Origin: Octopus sinensis
Taxonomy: Eukaryota
Length of the DNA stretch: 64,000 bases
NCBI RefSeq assembly: GCF_006345805.1
Contig: NC_043008.1
Coordinates: 76,260,001-76,324,000 of the forward strand
Direction of reading: 5' to 3'
This document shows, in pieces, positions 11,766 through 25,419 of the stretch; position 1 is the first letter of the stretch, and every line of letters starts with the position of its first letter. The notes under the pieces are model-generated. The model had not been told where the DNA came from. It saw only the letters and a list, made by a program, of their open reading frames with translations, and ran no database searches. Made by a program: the position numbers and the translations under genes.

Positions 11766-12655
11766 CTTCGTTTTAAGATCGTAAGTCAGAAAAAGAACAT
11801 ACTCTAAAATAAATAGAGCAGTTGTTTAATTTTAGATGTGCAACGTAATAATTTAGAGAAATACCATTGTTTTCATATCAAGCGTGAACTAGACATCTCA
11901 TCAGTTTCTCTAAACAATAACTGTTCTCTGCAAAAGATGTTTTTAAAAACACACGAACGCCGGTGATAGTTGAAGGAAAATTCCTGTTCAAAATTTTGAC
12001 TGAGCAAGTTATCTCTCTTTTCCAATTGTGAAGGAAAACTTTCCGAAAATGTGGACAATTCCCAACGGCTTCCGTCTAGGAGTTCGAGTGGCCTCCTGGC
12101 TCATGTGTGTTCATTAGGATGATACAGCTTTCTGCCATACACAATTTACATAGCTTGTTCCATTGCGATAGGGTCCACAAGTTTCTAATAATTTCCACCT
12201 GATGTTAAAGAGCGTCCTTTAGGTGCAAGTGTTTTGTATTGCGTCTCTCCGGCACACTGAAAGAAGATCTGTGGTTCTTCAGGCGAATTTTAAATTTAGA
12301 TTCCCATGATCCGATATAAATTTTAGCGTGTCCCTACGTTGGCATTGTTGTTGCTGTTAGTTGTGCTGCTTCTGTTTAAGAATACCTTTGCTTGGTACGC
12401 TGTAGCTTCGGTGTTGTATCGGCCATCTACTGGGTATTCATTTGCAATCCTGCATGAAAAACCTGCCTCTGTCTGTGGTTTAGGAGTGCTAAGTAATTTT
12501 TTCTTAACATTTGGTGCACAACTGAAAGATATCCTTAAATTATGCCTGTTAAAGCTCCTTCTATATTTGCGTGGTCGCGTGAAATGCTTATTCACCAACC
12601 TAAGGAAAGGTGATATTTTAACAGGACTTTTCCTTCAAATGGCAAACACTTGATA
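11766..12655 (-). mobile_element. Penelope-like element 3' fragment (thumb/linker + decayed GIY-YIG + 3' repeat)
   Basis: ORF 12323-12598 VNKHF..RKYRRSFNRHNLRISFSCAPNVK..SCRIANEYPVDGRYNTEATAYQAKV, followed by a frameshifted YIG region and WKLLETCGPYRNG. Ends at (TA)n 11748-11765. Confidence 0.8.
11852..11914 (-). ncRNA. type-I hammerhead ribozyme (canonical core)
   Basis: Minus strand reads UUUAGAGAAA CUGAUGA g AUGUCUAGU ucac GCUUGAUAU GAAA ACAAUGG UA UUUCUCUAAA, with a 10-bp perfect helix I and predicted cleavage after GUA (between 11862 and 11861). Confidence 0.8.
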
Positions 12656-13547
12656 TTAAGGATTTATCTGCTTCCATATTCGTTGAACAAATTTAGATAC
12701 TAAGAATGAAGCTTTATATGACAAGGCTCATTAAGAAGACGGAGTGATGAAGCAGATGCGCTATAAAATTACATCGCGAATGCGACCACACATGAAGCAT
12801 CATCCTCTTTTAAGGATCACAATAAAGTTGAAGAAGACATGATTATCCCAATTAAAAAGTAAGATTCCAACACCTTTCCATATACTTTCTTAGGTGCAGA
12901 GTGAAAATATTCCCCACCCAGTTCCATTTCATCTGGTTATTGGTCTAGAAACATAACTTGTCTTCTATAACCAAGCGTATACTGTACAAGGCCTTCCGTA
13001 TTCACTCGATATGTGTAACTGTCATTCATATCTCTCTGTGAGTCTACGCATAATACAACAATCCACTGTTTGTCTATTTCAATAATTACAGTTGTTGGCC
13101 AAATAAAGTCTAAACTCCGACTAAAAATCATTTCCCTAATTACTGTTAACATACTAAGATGTGAATTTGTTACTCTTTTTCAGTCATTTTCACTGATAAC
13201 AATAACACGTCTCATTTTATTAAAATCAGTTAAAGGATGATTAAATCATAATTACTTCGGAGAAAATTTAAACTATCAATTGCAAATGGCGCTTCAAAGA
13301 ATTTGTTCTACATATTATTTTATTTGGTGAATAAGAAGCTTATTTTATCATTCTTCTTGTTGGATTGGTAGAATCGGTAGAATGGCGTGTAATTCGAGTA
13401 AAATATCTTGTTATGCATAATTAAATGTCTCAGTAGTTATATGAACCCCATCAGTGCCAAACTTGCCTCTCGACCATTCGAATGAAAATAACAGTCAAGT
13501 ACGGCGCGGATATGTTTGACTATAGCTCTCAGCTAAATATGCTTGTA

Positions 13548-13965
13548 TGTTGGTTTCAAATTTTGGCACAAGACCAGTAATTTCAAAGTAGAGTTTAAGT
13601 GGGTTACATCGAGCCCAGTCCTCAATTGGTACTAGTTTTATCGACCCCCAACGTGATGAAAGGCAAATTCAACCTCGGTGTAACTTGAACTCAGATCACA
13701 AAGACAAACGAAATGCTGCGAAACATTTCACCCAGAGTGCTAAATGTTCTTATATTCTTTTCTACTCCAGGCACAAGGTCCGAAATCATGGGGGAAGGGC
13801 CCGTCGTTTAGATCGACCCCAGTGCGCAACTTGAACTTAATGTATCGACCCCGAAATGATGAAAGGCAAAATCTACCCTGATAGGATGAAAGGCAAAGTC
13901 GACCTCGCCAGAATTTGAACTCAGAACGTAAAGACAGACTAAATACCACTAAACATTTAGCCCGT
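13548..13965 (-). mobile_element. two adjacent SINE family 1 copies (about 13548-13742 and 13745-13965)
   Basis: Reverse-complement cores gatgaaaggcaaagtcgacctcg...gaatttgaactcagaacgtaaagacagac. Confidence 0.8.
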
Positions 13966-16088
13966 CTTAAAATGTGTTCCTAAATTTAAAAATAAAACAT
14001 AGATATCACTGTTCACAGAGCTATGACAGACATGTTTAATTGTGCCGGAGAAAATCTATTAATTATTTCATTGCGGATTTTTCCACTGAGTTCAAATCCC
14101 AGCAGAGTCGTCTTTGTTCTTTTTCCTTCTGGGGTCAAAATATTAATGAGAGTAATGTACAGGAATACACCTAATGGAATATCCCTAACTGTGTATCTAT
14201 ACTAAAAACTCAGAAACATCTTCTCCCCAAATTACAGGCAACAATTTTTCTCTCCGGCATATTTTCTTTTAACAACAGTCATATCTATATAATTTTTTCT
14301 AGTGGAATATGAAGAGAAAAAGTGCAATACGAGGAGGCATCTGAAACATCATATTAATCAACTATCTCCATTGTATTCAATGTGTGTTAGTGGCAGCTTA
14401 AATTGATATTTTTTTTGAAGAAATAAATACTTAGTACATTTATCCTGCAGCTCAAAAGTTTTGAAAGGTATAGATGTTTTCCTTTTCTCCTAATTTATAA
14501 AGTGAATTACCATGCAAAATAACAGGAGAAATGCTAACCGGAGGTGTTATAATAATTAATTGTGAAATACGGTTTGTTCCAACGGCTATTTTGGCATCTT
14601 AATTGCTTTTGCAGTCTATTGTTGTTTTCGAAGTTAGATGTTTATTAATTTCTTACTTATATTCTAAATACGACGGAAAGGTTTTGTCTATTGTATATAT
14701 AAAAAATAAACAGTTCATTTGAAAATGCTTTTGCAAGATTTGTGAAATTGCGCTAAAGTTGCTTGTTTCTTTTGATATTTGATATTTCGTATAGACATCC
14801 TTTTTCTCGTTCTTGATAAAATCAATTAAGTCTGGAAAATTGTTTAATCAATCATCAAGGCTGGATCTCAGGAATCTTTTGTGTCACATTCCTAGAAGTC
14901 TCTCTATTCACTATTGATGTGATGGAATAAAAAAACTCATAGATTTGCCACAATTTGCAGTAATGCAATGAGGCAGAACAGTTGCCAAAATAGAATCCAT
15001 GAGCTGTAATTTTGATAACAAAATAGGAGAAATGATTGGGAGAAAAAAATACGCTAATAGTTGCTGTTTAGTCTCTGATCATTCCGAATCAAGCAGATGT
15101 GGGGCAAAACGATGCCCTTAGGAACATCTAGTCAAACTTTCACATATAGTGTATTCAAAACTGCAATATTCAGGGTACTCTTTTAATGACGGAAATTTAT
15201 AATATGAAGACTTGGCTGTCGTTATTGTTAGTATAGGAAACGAAACCTCTATCCTGCCATATATTCTAATGCAACACCAACTCAAATATCAGTAAGTTCT
15301 GTTACTAATCTACTTATTTAAATTAACCTTTTATGTTTTATTCTATGTCGCTTCATATATCCTTTGTGCTTCTCTCACCCCTCTCGTTCTTTCACAAATA
15401 CAAACGCCTACACACAACGCGCACGCATACACGTTTTCTGTTATATGAACTCATTTCATAGTTTCTAAATCCAAAACAGATTCATGTCATTAATATTCAC
15501 GCCATTATTGGCGAACAGAGTGGATTGGAGCAACATAACAAAAATATAAGTATTTCTGTTGTCTTAGTGGATAACCCTGTCTAGCTGGTGCCTCTGTAGA
15601 GCCAAGAGTATAAATTTCCGGAAAACGAACAAATCAAACTATTGTCATATCTCTACTGAAACTATACGGAGCTTCGTCAAAAGAATCAAATAACAGGAAA
15701 AGCAGGAAATATATTTTATATTCTTTTGATTCAGACCTGAGTTTGAAAAATGGTGCTAGTGACTGCTGAAATGAATTATTTCCAAGCTTCAGAATCAATC
15801 ACGAAATTGAATTTGTTAACTTTTATTCTTCAACTTAGCAAACATAATTTTAGTTATACAAATATATTATATTGTAATAACATTTCTCTTTCATAAATGA
15901 TATACTGCACAGCAATATATTTCTGACAAAAACATATATGGTAATATATGTCTGCAGAAAATGATCTTGCATAAATAATACAGAAATTTCCTTTATTCCT
16001 CTCACATTCTCTCTCTCTCCCACGCTCACTGTTTTTGGTGTAATAATGTGTATAGAAGTGTGATATATAAGTTACGTATATATACATG

Positions 16089-16119
<31 letters not shown>

Positions 16120-16140
16120 ATTTATAGAGAGAGAGAGAGT

Positions 16141-16172
<32 letters not shown>

Positions 16173-16724
16173 TATATCTGTGTGTGTGTATATGTATGTG
16201 TGTATGCATGTATGTATGTATATTTATATATATATTTAACGAACACATAATTAAAACTGGAAATGAGAAATTATCAAGCAAGCTGGTGCTCATAATTTAT
16301 ACTGTTCTCCGACGAAATTTTATCTCTTGCGTTTTTGGTAGATTATCTGAAATGCAATATCGTGCTAGTTATGTAGGTATGCATATTGACTTTGTGGAAT
16401 ACTAAAAGTCTCTTTGCCACCCTGGCCTTACAAGGGTTATATAGTCAACTCAATTTTCAAATTTCTCCTATTTGATGGATAACATTAAATAAGTAGTTTG
16501 TGATCATCAGAGTCGTGGAAAGTTAAAGCCAGAAGAGTTTCGCTCAGGACGAAAATTATATCAAAAGTTCGACTCGTCATTTCATGCTCATAAACATTCC
16601 TTTTATGAGCATAAATGATATGAGTGTTTTACCTTCTTCGCCGTATAATAAACGTTGTGGATACATATATTCCAGTTCTCCCCTTACTTTCCCATGTCGC
16701 AATATTTCTTTGTGGTCGTCGGTA

Positions 16725-16915
16725 AGCAGAATCGTTAGCACAACGGACAAATGCTTCGCACCATTTCGTCCGTCTTTACATTAGGGGGTTCAAATTCCGC
16801 AGAGGTCAGTTTACCACTCATCCTTTCGAGGTACGTTAATAAGTACCAGTTGAGCACTAGGGTGGATGTAACTGATTCATTCCCTTCTCCGAACTTGTGC
16901 CAAAATTTGAAATCG
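16725..16915 (+). mobile_element. SINE family 1
   Basis: gcagaatcgttagcac...gggttcaaattccgc...taagtaccagttgagcactagggt...tgtgccaaaatttgaaa. Confidence 0.8.
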
Positions 16916-17993
16916 ATCATTTTCCGTCGTTTGTCAAGTACAAACAAAACATGATAGCACACAATGATTTTCCAAAAGAGAAACAAAAGCTTATCAAAAT
17001 TCTTAAAACTTGCTTGTAAAAAAAATTACACCTGCTTACTGGCACACGTACATTTTTAACTAAATATATCTGTATTGTCACTTATCTAGTTAAGCATAAC
17101 GAGTTGCATCCCTTTCCTTCATGTTTGTCTCCTCTTAGGAAAACGTCCGTATCTACTAATGAACGATCCTTATCAAGTACTCAGGATTTGTCTGTTTTCT
17201 TACTTTTTCTGAAATAGTCCCCAATGATCATTTTTTTACTTTCAGAGAAAGTTCTTACCACAGTCAATTACTTATAAACAGTTTTTACGGTACGTGCCAA
17301 AATCTTTACATGGGAATGAGAGATTTACATTTGAAATGGAGACCCTATGAATTCGCGATCGAAGTTATAATCAATCAAAATGGTAGTACTGTAGCATTAA
17401 TTTCTCTGTTACTAACATCTACCTGGAAAATCTGTATGTGATAGAGAAATATGCTTATAAGGTGTGGGGGTGGGGTAAAAAGCGGAGTTGATTTCTCTTG
17501 AGGAAGGTATTTACTCTAATAACTTATTAGAAATCCGTAGCTTTACACTGCAATATCTACTGTTTCACTGAATGTTATAATTTGATTTCAGTCGTAAATC
17601 TAACTCGTGTTTTGGTAATACTTACTATTGTAAGTATTACGTGAGGAGAAACTATAGAAAATTATGCAAAAGTTTCAAAGAATGGGGACAGATATTTCAT
17701 AACAAAGAAACGTATATGTTGTAGAGCAGCGTCTTGTCAAAGACTTTATTCTTGTGAAAATACCCCGCGATATGATCGCAACTACTTTGTGTACTGCCTA
17801 ATACATACAATATAGACAAATGTCTATAATGTCTAGTAGATACAATAGATACATATATATACATACACGCGCAGACACATACACACACCGACACACACAC
17901 ACATATATATATACTGGCCAAAATAAGTTTAAGACCGATGATGATAGTTTTAATCTTTCATTAATTGATTTTTAACAAAAATTTATAAAATTA

Positions 17994-18216
17994 CAATTGC
18001 GGCGTGGAAGGTGTTTACAAACCATTTAAAAACACACAAAAACCGTTAGATTCACTCAGCATTTAAATTTAATTTGTCGAAATATTTTCGTCGCTTTGAG
18101 ACCGCGACCTGTTCATTGACAAAATGGCTTATAAATACCTTCCACGATGCAATAGTTTTGCTTAAGCATACGATCTCAGATCAGGTCGCTTGCTATGCAA
18201 GTACATATCTGTAATG
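17994..18216. mobile_element. 223-bp non-autonomous insertion with internal inverted repeat and 10-bp TSD
   Basis: TATAAAATTA at 17984-17993 and 18217-18226; the insertion is absent from the right Tc1 TIR; 17996-18027 is the reverse complement of 18122-18153 (32 bp, 5 mismatches). Confidence 0.8.
18073..18123 (-). ncRNA. hammerhead-like motif with non-canonical 3-8 pair
   Basis: Minus strand UUUGUC a AUGAACA g GUCGC ggucucaaa GCGAC GAAA AUAU UU c GACAAA; helices I and II pair perfectly; helix III is the palindrome AAAUAUUU. Confidence 0.5.
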
Positions 18217-18430
18217 TATAAAATTATTTTACTTTTCACAGTTTAGGTAGAATTTTCTTCTCTTTCGAATGATACAGGCGTTATATATCTTTCTACAATC
18301 TGAATAAGTTTAATGCTCAATTAATTCAAATGATTAAAAATTGTCAGCCAAATAAGTTTAGGACCGTACCAACATTTATTTTGTTTAAATTGAAAATTTA
18401 CAGCACAAATGATCAACGAACAAAAAATTA

Positions 18431-19453
18431 CTAGTTGTATCTTGCTCCATAGCCATTATTTTGAAATATGGCCTTACAAAGGTGGGACATGAAGTTCGAC
18501 GAATGAGCACAAAAATCACTGGGAATGTTCTGCCATATTTCTTCAATAAAATTATATAATTGGGACAAATTTGTTTTTGTTTTGTTTTTTGTTTTTTTTT
18601 TGTTTTTTTAGCATGAACACTTCTAGAAACATAATTCTATAAATTTTCTATCGGATTCAAATCCGAGCTTTGCAGAGGCTACTCAATAACCACCATATTA
18701 TTACGCTCATGAACGGGGCATTAGTCTTACTGGAAAATAGATCCTGACGGCATCTGATTATTTAAATATGGCAGCACGTTTTCAGTTACTAATTGCAGAT
18801 AGCCTACACTGTTCAGTCTGCCATCAACCTTAACAATTGCACCAACACCTAAGCTGCTGAAGGCGACACACACCATTACCCCTACACACACATACACACA
18901 CCTCCTGCTTGCATGTTTTCTTGACACACTTAGGATGGAATTCTCGGACGGTGTCTAACATAAGTCTTTCCATCTGATCCAAAGATGCAGAAGTGGGATT
19001 CGTCGTTCCAAAACACTTTTGACCAGTCTTCGGCCGTTCATTCAATATGGTTTTTAGCGAACTTGACCCGCTTCTGCTGGTTCGTCTCAGAAATCATCCG
19101 CTTCTATGGAGCGATTCGGCTGAAAAGTTCAAATTCTTTTGGGCGTTTTTTGACAGTGTGTGGTGTAAAGCTGATGTCAGTTTTATCAGATAATTGCTTG
19201 AAAATTTCTACTGCTGTTAGCATCCGATTACCTTTAGAGAGCCTATGAATTCGCCGATCCATCTATACTGTTGTTTTTCTCGAAGCGCCCGTTCTTTGCC
19301 GATCTTTGTATTGGCCAGTGGCTTCCATGTTTGAACACAAGCCGTTTTGCTGCATTCTAATTGCTTACTAATGTTCATGAAGGACACATTTTGCTGATGA
19401 AGAAACACGAGCTTTGATCTAGTAACTAGGTTGATACTAGGACGCTATCCCAT
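18431..19453 (-). pseudogene. Tc1 (DD34E-type) transposase, decayed
   Basis: Hand translation: MG*RPSINLVTRSKLVFLHQQNVSFMNISKQLECSK..., KRVKFAKNHIE*TAEDWSKVFWNDESHFCIFGSDG, VMVCVAFSSLGVGAIVKVDGRLNSVGYLQLV..IFQ*D, QSSDLNPIENL; multiple stops and frameshifts. Confidence 0.88.
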
Positions 19454-19700
19454 AGCGAATTAATGTGTAACAATGCTCTGTCTTAAACTTATTTTGCCGA
19501 TAACTTCTAATCATTTGAAGTAATCGCACATTAAAATTATTCGAATTGTAGAAAGATATATAACATGTATCATATTCGAAAGGGAAAAAATATCTACATA
19601 AACTGTAAAAAGTAAAATAGTTTTATGCAGTTTTGCTTAAAATATATTAATGAAGGGATGGAATGTCATCATCGGTCTTAAACTGATTTTGACCGGTGTT

Positions 19701-19790
<90 letters not shown>

Positions 19791-19794
19791 AACA

Positions 19795-20656
19795 TCTATG
19801 CAGAAAACATCATAAGAGCTGTGAAGTAGAACTACGACGGTGGTGTGCAGATTGGCGGAGAAAGGCTGTGCAATCTGAGATGGGCCGATGACACAACCCT
19901 CATAAGTAACAGCAACGAGGAATTGCTGCCCATGATACGCAAAGTGAAAGACATGAGGGCACAAAGTGACCTATTCCTGAATGTAAAGAAGACAAGAATC
20001 TTGGTGGTGGATAAGTACAGGACAGACCAAGGTCACTTCACCTTAGACGAAGAGATGATTCAGGAAGTGGATGATTTTGTTTACTTAGGATCCACAATCA
20101 GCACCAGTGGATCAAGTACACCAGAAATACGGAGAAGGCTCGCGATAGCGAGGCAAGCGGTACAAGATATGGAGATCATCTGGAAGAGTCGTGGCGTGTC
20201 AATGCTGCCGAAAATAAGGCTACTTCGGGTTAACGCTTTCTCTATTGCGATGTACGGCTGTGAGTCATGGACAATGTTAAAGGCAGATGAGAAAAGAGTG
20301 AGCGCTTTTGAAATGTGGTGTTACCGCAGACTCATTAGAGTGTCGTGGACGGAGAGAAGGACGAATAACTGGGTACTAGAAAAGCTCTGTTACGAGATGA
20401 TGCTTCGGTGAAACATGAAGCGGAAGCTACGGTTCTTTGTCCACGTCATGCGCCGGGAGCGAACGATCATAACTGGCAAGGTGAACGGCAGACGTAAAAG
20501 AAGCAGACCACCCACTTCTTTGCTGAAAGGCATCACAGCCACAGGATTGTCTTTATTCTCAGCTGTCAATGGGGTAGATGACAGGGGAAGGTGGCAAGAC
20601 ATCGTGATGACCGAAGCATCACATAGTTCGATACCTGACTTGGATGATGATGATGA

Positions 20657-20660
<4 letters not shown>
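19795..20660 (+). pseudogene. RTE-clade LINE reverse transcriptase 3' fragment with (GAT)n tail
   Basis: ORF 19845-20411: NLRWADDTTL, LNVKKTRIL, VDDFVYLGS, EIRRRLAIAR, MYGCESWT..AFEMWCYRRLIRVSWTERRTN; continuation 20415-20640; gatgatgat tail at 20644-20660. Confidence 0.92.
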
Positions 20661-20701
<41 letters not shown>

Positions 20702-21873
20702 TATATACATATGTACATGAGTTCATATATATATGTGCATGTATGCATTTGTCTAAATCTACCACACACAGAACTATTGTGAATATGTGTATTATATTTT
20801 AATAGCCTATTCCCATACTACCACAACCACCACCATCACCACTTTTAACATTAGGCTCTTGATCACATGTTACCAACTCCTGATACTTTGGTCAAACCAA
20901 TAATAACCCACGTCACCTCTTCACCACTTCACCACTTCCCAGTTATACTTTTCCTACCTGTGTAAGCACAGGGCATTTCTTTCTACATATTCCATTTAGT
21001 TGCAGACTTAAATTAATCTACCTCTCTTCATCTTTGTTTATTTGTTTATACCTTTCTATAATCTTTGATTAAATTTTCCTGCATCACATCTATATTCACT
21101 TCTCATATATATTTATTTCCCATAAAGTTTCACTGCACTCTCCCGCAGATAGAACAGACTGCCACTAAAATATTGGTTGCAGACAGCTTGACGAGAATTG
21201 TATCTATTACGAAAATATTCTTGAAACAGCTGTTAGGATAATATGCACAACGCTTTTTTAGTTTAAATATTTTCCATGTGATGACTCGCTTCTACCTATA
21301 AAACTATGATACATCAGTGCTACGGACTTATTTTCAGCTTCATCCGGGTGTCTATAAGTGTACATCGCAACTATTATGAACACCCCTTCGTGCAACTTTC
21401 ACTGATCTGTGATTTATACTTCCTTAAGCATTTCTTTCTCTATATATACTCAACAAATATATCTTATGATATGACCCGATATATTTTGTTGCCTCTCTAT
21501 CATTTTATCCTATAGGTATCAGCTTGATTGATCGATACATTGTCTATATCCAACCCTCATTTAGGCAGCTACTAAATTCCTGCATGCATTCGTGATTAAG
21601 CACGAATTCGGCCTGAGTACGAATTGTATGCACCTATAATCTTATGATACAGATATGTGTGTTTATGTATACATACATACATACACATACATAATGCGTG
21701 TGTATTGGGTATGACTTGTAATTAAGAAGTTTTCCTGGCAGTCAGCTAATTCCGGTTTTCGGTGGGCTATTTAGTACTCATGAGAGTACATTGATGGTCA
21801 TTATATTAAGAAAAGTGAATATAATGTGTGGATGGACAATGCATATTACTGGTTAATACTCTACTAGGAAGCA

Positions 21874-22078
21874 AGGCGGTGAGCTAGCAGAATAGTTAGC
21901 ACGCTGGGCAAAATGTTTAATCAGTTTTCACGTTATGGATTCAAATGTCGTCAAAATTATGTTTGCCCTTCCTCCTTTCAGGGTCGTTAAAATAAGTACC
22001 AATTGAGGACTGGGGTCGATGTAACTCACTCAATCCCACTCCCGATATTGCTGGCCTTAGGCCAAAGTTTGAAATCGG
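21874..22078 (+). mobile_element. SINE family 1
   Basis: aggcggtgagctagcagaatagttagcacgctgggc...ggattcaaatg...aagtaccaattgaggactggggtcgat...ggccaaagtttgaaa. Confidence 0.8.
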
Positions 22079-25000
22079 TATCAGTCGTTTTGGTAATTCT
22101 ATGGTCATGAAAATTGTACATCGTGAAATAAACGTTTACCTCCTGTTGGTATTGAAGATATTAGAGTTAAATTTAACTATGTATTACGACCTGAAACTAA
22201 TTCTATGGTTAATGGAATTATATCTCAATAGGTAGGAAGAGGATTAGTCTGTTAATATTTCTGACTTTATCTGACATAAATCAGTTGACAAAAGCTGAAT
22301 GAATTAACTGTCATTTGGCATTCGGTCATATATAATAATACTACATATATAATAAAAGGCGTATTTGTAGAAGATAGATATGTGAATGGGAATATTGAAT
22401 TTATTTCAAAAACATGCTAAAATTCTGACAATAAATATGAAAATATGATACCTTTTTGTATGCCCTATCCTCTCCACATAGTTTCCTCTTTTCTGAAATG
22501 TGATTCTCATTAACCATCATGATTGACTCAATAAAGATTCAGGCCAGCTACTAGACAATCAAGTCTGATAGGTTTTCAATTCCAATTGACGTCACTGCAA
22601 AACATTTACGTAGTTGAAGCATTTTGCTAAATAATGACGAACTTTCCATAGAAAGGCTATAACTGGCAGATGTGCAACTGATATACTATAGATATTAACT
22701 GTCATATTCCTAACGTCCAAGTTCAAATTCCACCTACGTCAATTTAAATGTACCAGTTCTGGTTTCGATTTTATCAGATGACTCTTATTTATTGAAAACA
22801 CGCTGTAACATGACACGATTTGGAGCTAAGCCAAACTCCTTTAATTGTATTCATGCATGCATTTATATATATATGCATATTTATACTTATATGTAAATAT
22901 TTGTATGTACGTATATATGCATGTATGTATTTATGTATGCACGCATGTATGCGTGTGTGTATATGTATATATATATGTGTGTGTGTTAATTTATATATAT
23001 TCTTTTATTCTTATATTTCTTTCAGTCATCTGACTGCGGCCATGCTGGAGCACCGCCGTACACCACCAAGCGTTAGATCAAGTTTCACTCATACCACTCG
23101 ACACAAAGATGGCATAGTTACTAATTAGTCAATTTACATGTTTCAGTGGAAATATCCGTTGTGGTTAAGCAGCCAACTTCACTTGGAAAATATTAAATGT
23201 TGGGCTTCCAGAAAACAACAGCGATAACGCACGGAGGAAAGAAATACTATAAACTTGAACTTATGATAATTTCTTCTATATTTTACTCAGTGTATTGTAA
23301 GCAGTAATTATACGATTGCAAAGTAGTAAACAAACCGCTGTACTGAAACCAGACTGGATGATGATAATCTAGGTCAAGCTCTAAACTCAACAATAGCAAA
23401 TCGGATTCTACATACATGATATACTATATAACCTTTAGATACGTTCAAATGTGTTTGGGCCATATTTGAACATGTAAAGGCGTTTTTACTCCAGTTGGCC
23501 TTTGAGAAAAATTCTCACTTTAGGAAAAAAAAAAGTGGTACGAACTCCGTAGTCAAAGGCACAGTAACCTCTATGGTATGCTAAATGTACTTTCACCTTC
23601 TTCGTCGTCTTCAGTGTCACTTACAAAGATTAGAAAGCTTAGAATTTTTTTAAAAATCGCTTAATATTTGATAAAAAGTTTTGCACGCAGGACTTCAGAC
23701 CTGAAAGCTTTGAACTAAAGGTTGGTTACTTTCCATCACTGTTTTGCAAAGCAACTTACGTAACTGTTCCGGGCTGGTAGCCCGCATGTATACATTAGTA
23801 AATACTACTTATTGATTTTGCTTTATAAAGCTAAACGTTTCCAATTTCCCAAGGTTCCTGAAAGAGGCATCGCTAAATTTGTGGTGTCTTAAAATTTATA
23901 TCAAACCCTGGAAAGTTTGAATTTCTTTTGAAATATGAATAAAAATCTGAATTGAAGAATCCAAGTTTAAAATGGGGAAATTGGGTAAATGGTAAAATGG
24001 CTGAAATGATTAATATAGTGGAAAACCCAGACGAATATGATGTTAACGGTTAGAGGAAATAAGAATTGACCAACGGTGGTGAACTAGAAAGATTCACAAA
24101 GCGTATCGAACGACAAGTATTTTTGTTGGGTTCTGTGCAACTATTAAAACTTGCTATCCTTTTTAATCCTACTTTCATCCTTTCCTCTCTCCAGTTTCAG
24201 CATGCATGAAGAAAAGTTGGTCCAGTGTATTGGTCTTCTCTAGCTGACAAAAAAAATGCAAAGTAGGTAAGATATCAACAACCTACCTACTTATATCACA
24301 TAACACCATATTTGCATGTACCACCCAACGATACTCACGTATTACGCATGATAACACTATACCCACCTTATAGAACATAACAGCGCAATAACTATTTCAC
24401 CACATACCACCTAAGACGTGTAACAGCATGACACATTTCTCTGTTTCAAAGCTACTGTGATGTATCGCTTAAATCCCGCTTCGTTCCACACTAATATATA
24501 TATGAAAGCCTCATAATCGTCATTATTTGGAAACGGACATTATTCACTATAAATAACATTTGTTGTTGTTTTTTATTTTCATTTTTTTAAATATTTTTTA
24601 GTACTAAACTATCTGCTAGATATCCCAGCACTATGGTCAACAAGAGATATAACGTCAAAGGAAATCGATACCTAAAACATTCGTGTGACATATTTTATGC
24701 AAGAGGAGTATAATATTATATACGTCATTCTCCGCAAAATATAAACAAGACAATAAAATATCATTGTATTTAAGGAAATATTCTGCATTCGTATTTGTTA
24801 TGGATGCAGCTATGAAAACTGGAAAGACTCACAGATTCGACATTTGATGTTTACATGTAGCATATGTGAATGTGTGTATGTATTTATGTACATATGCATG
24901 TATGTGAGCCACTATGGAAAAACCGTAACATCTCAATGAAAGTAAAATGTAAACTTTACTCTTTGACACAGAAGTATGGGCAATAGGCAATGTACAAGTC

Positions 25001-25419
25001 AAAAGATTCAGTAACTTAGTCACGCGGTATCTAAAAGCTATCATGAATATTTGGCGTCTATTTCATAGAGCATCTATTGACATCTAGTAACTCAGACAGG
25101 TCTCCGTAAAACAAGCCGCGTTGACATACTAGGCGATGACAGAATCTTAAATGAAGTCCCGTTCCCACAGTTGGGAGGTGGCTATCTAATAATTGGTACA
25201 CTCAAACTAAGAGGTCTATCCCTCCCCGATGACAAATAGTACCAGCTCACAAGGGATTGATATATCTGGAGAAATTTGATTCATAAAGTCAATTGTCGTC
25301 GTTGACGATACTCCGAAAAGAAAAAAATTACATATCATATATCATCTATGCCTCTGTGTGTGTGTGTGTGGGGGGGGTATTAGAAAAAGTACGAAATCCT
25401 TGGTACAGCTAGATATATT

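Larger units (their letters stand above)
17912..19698 (-). mobile_element. Tc1-family DNA transposon with long (~220-bp) IR/DR-type terminal inverted repeats
   Basis: Left end (t)actggccaaaataagtttaagaccgatgatga mirrors right end tcatcatcggtcttaaactgattttgaccggtg. Inner DRs at 18351-18364 and 19480-19495. The left TIR is interrupted by an insertion at 17994-18216. Confidence 0.9.

Noticed and set aside
12700-13152. Minus-strand QMKWNWVGNI resembling an RTE C-terminal motif
   Set aside because: A single short motif in heavily degraded sequence; insufficient to call.
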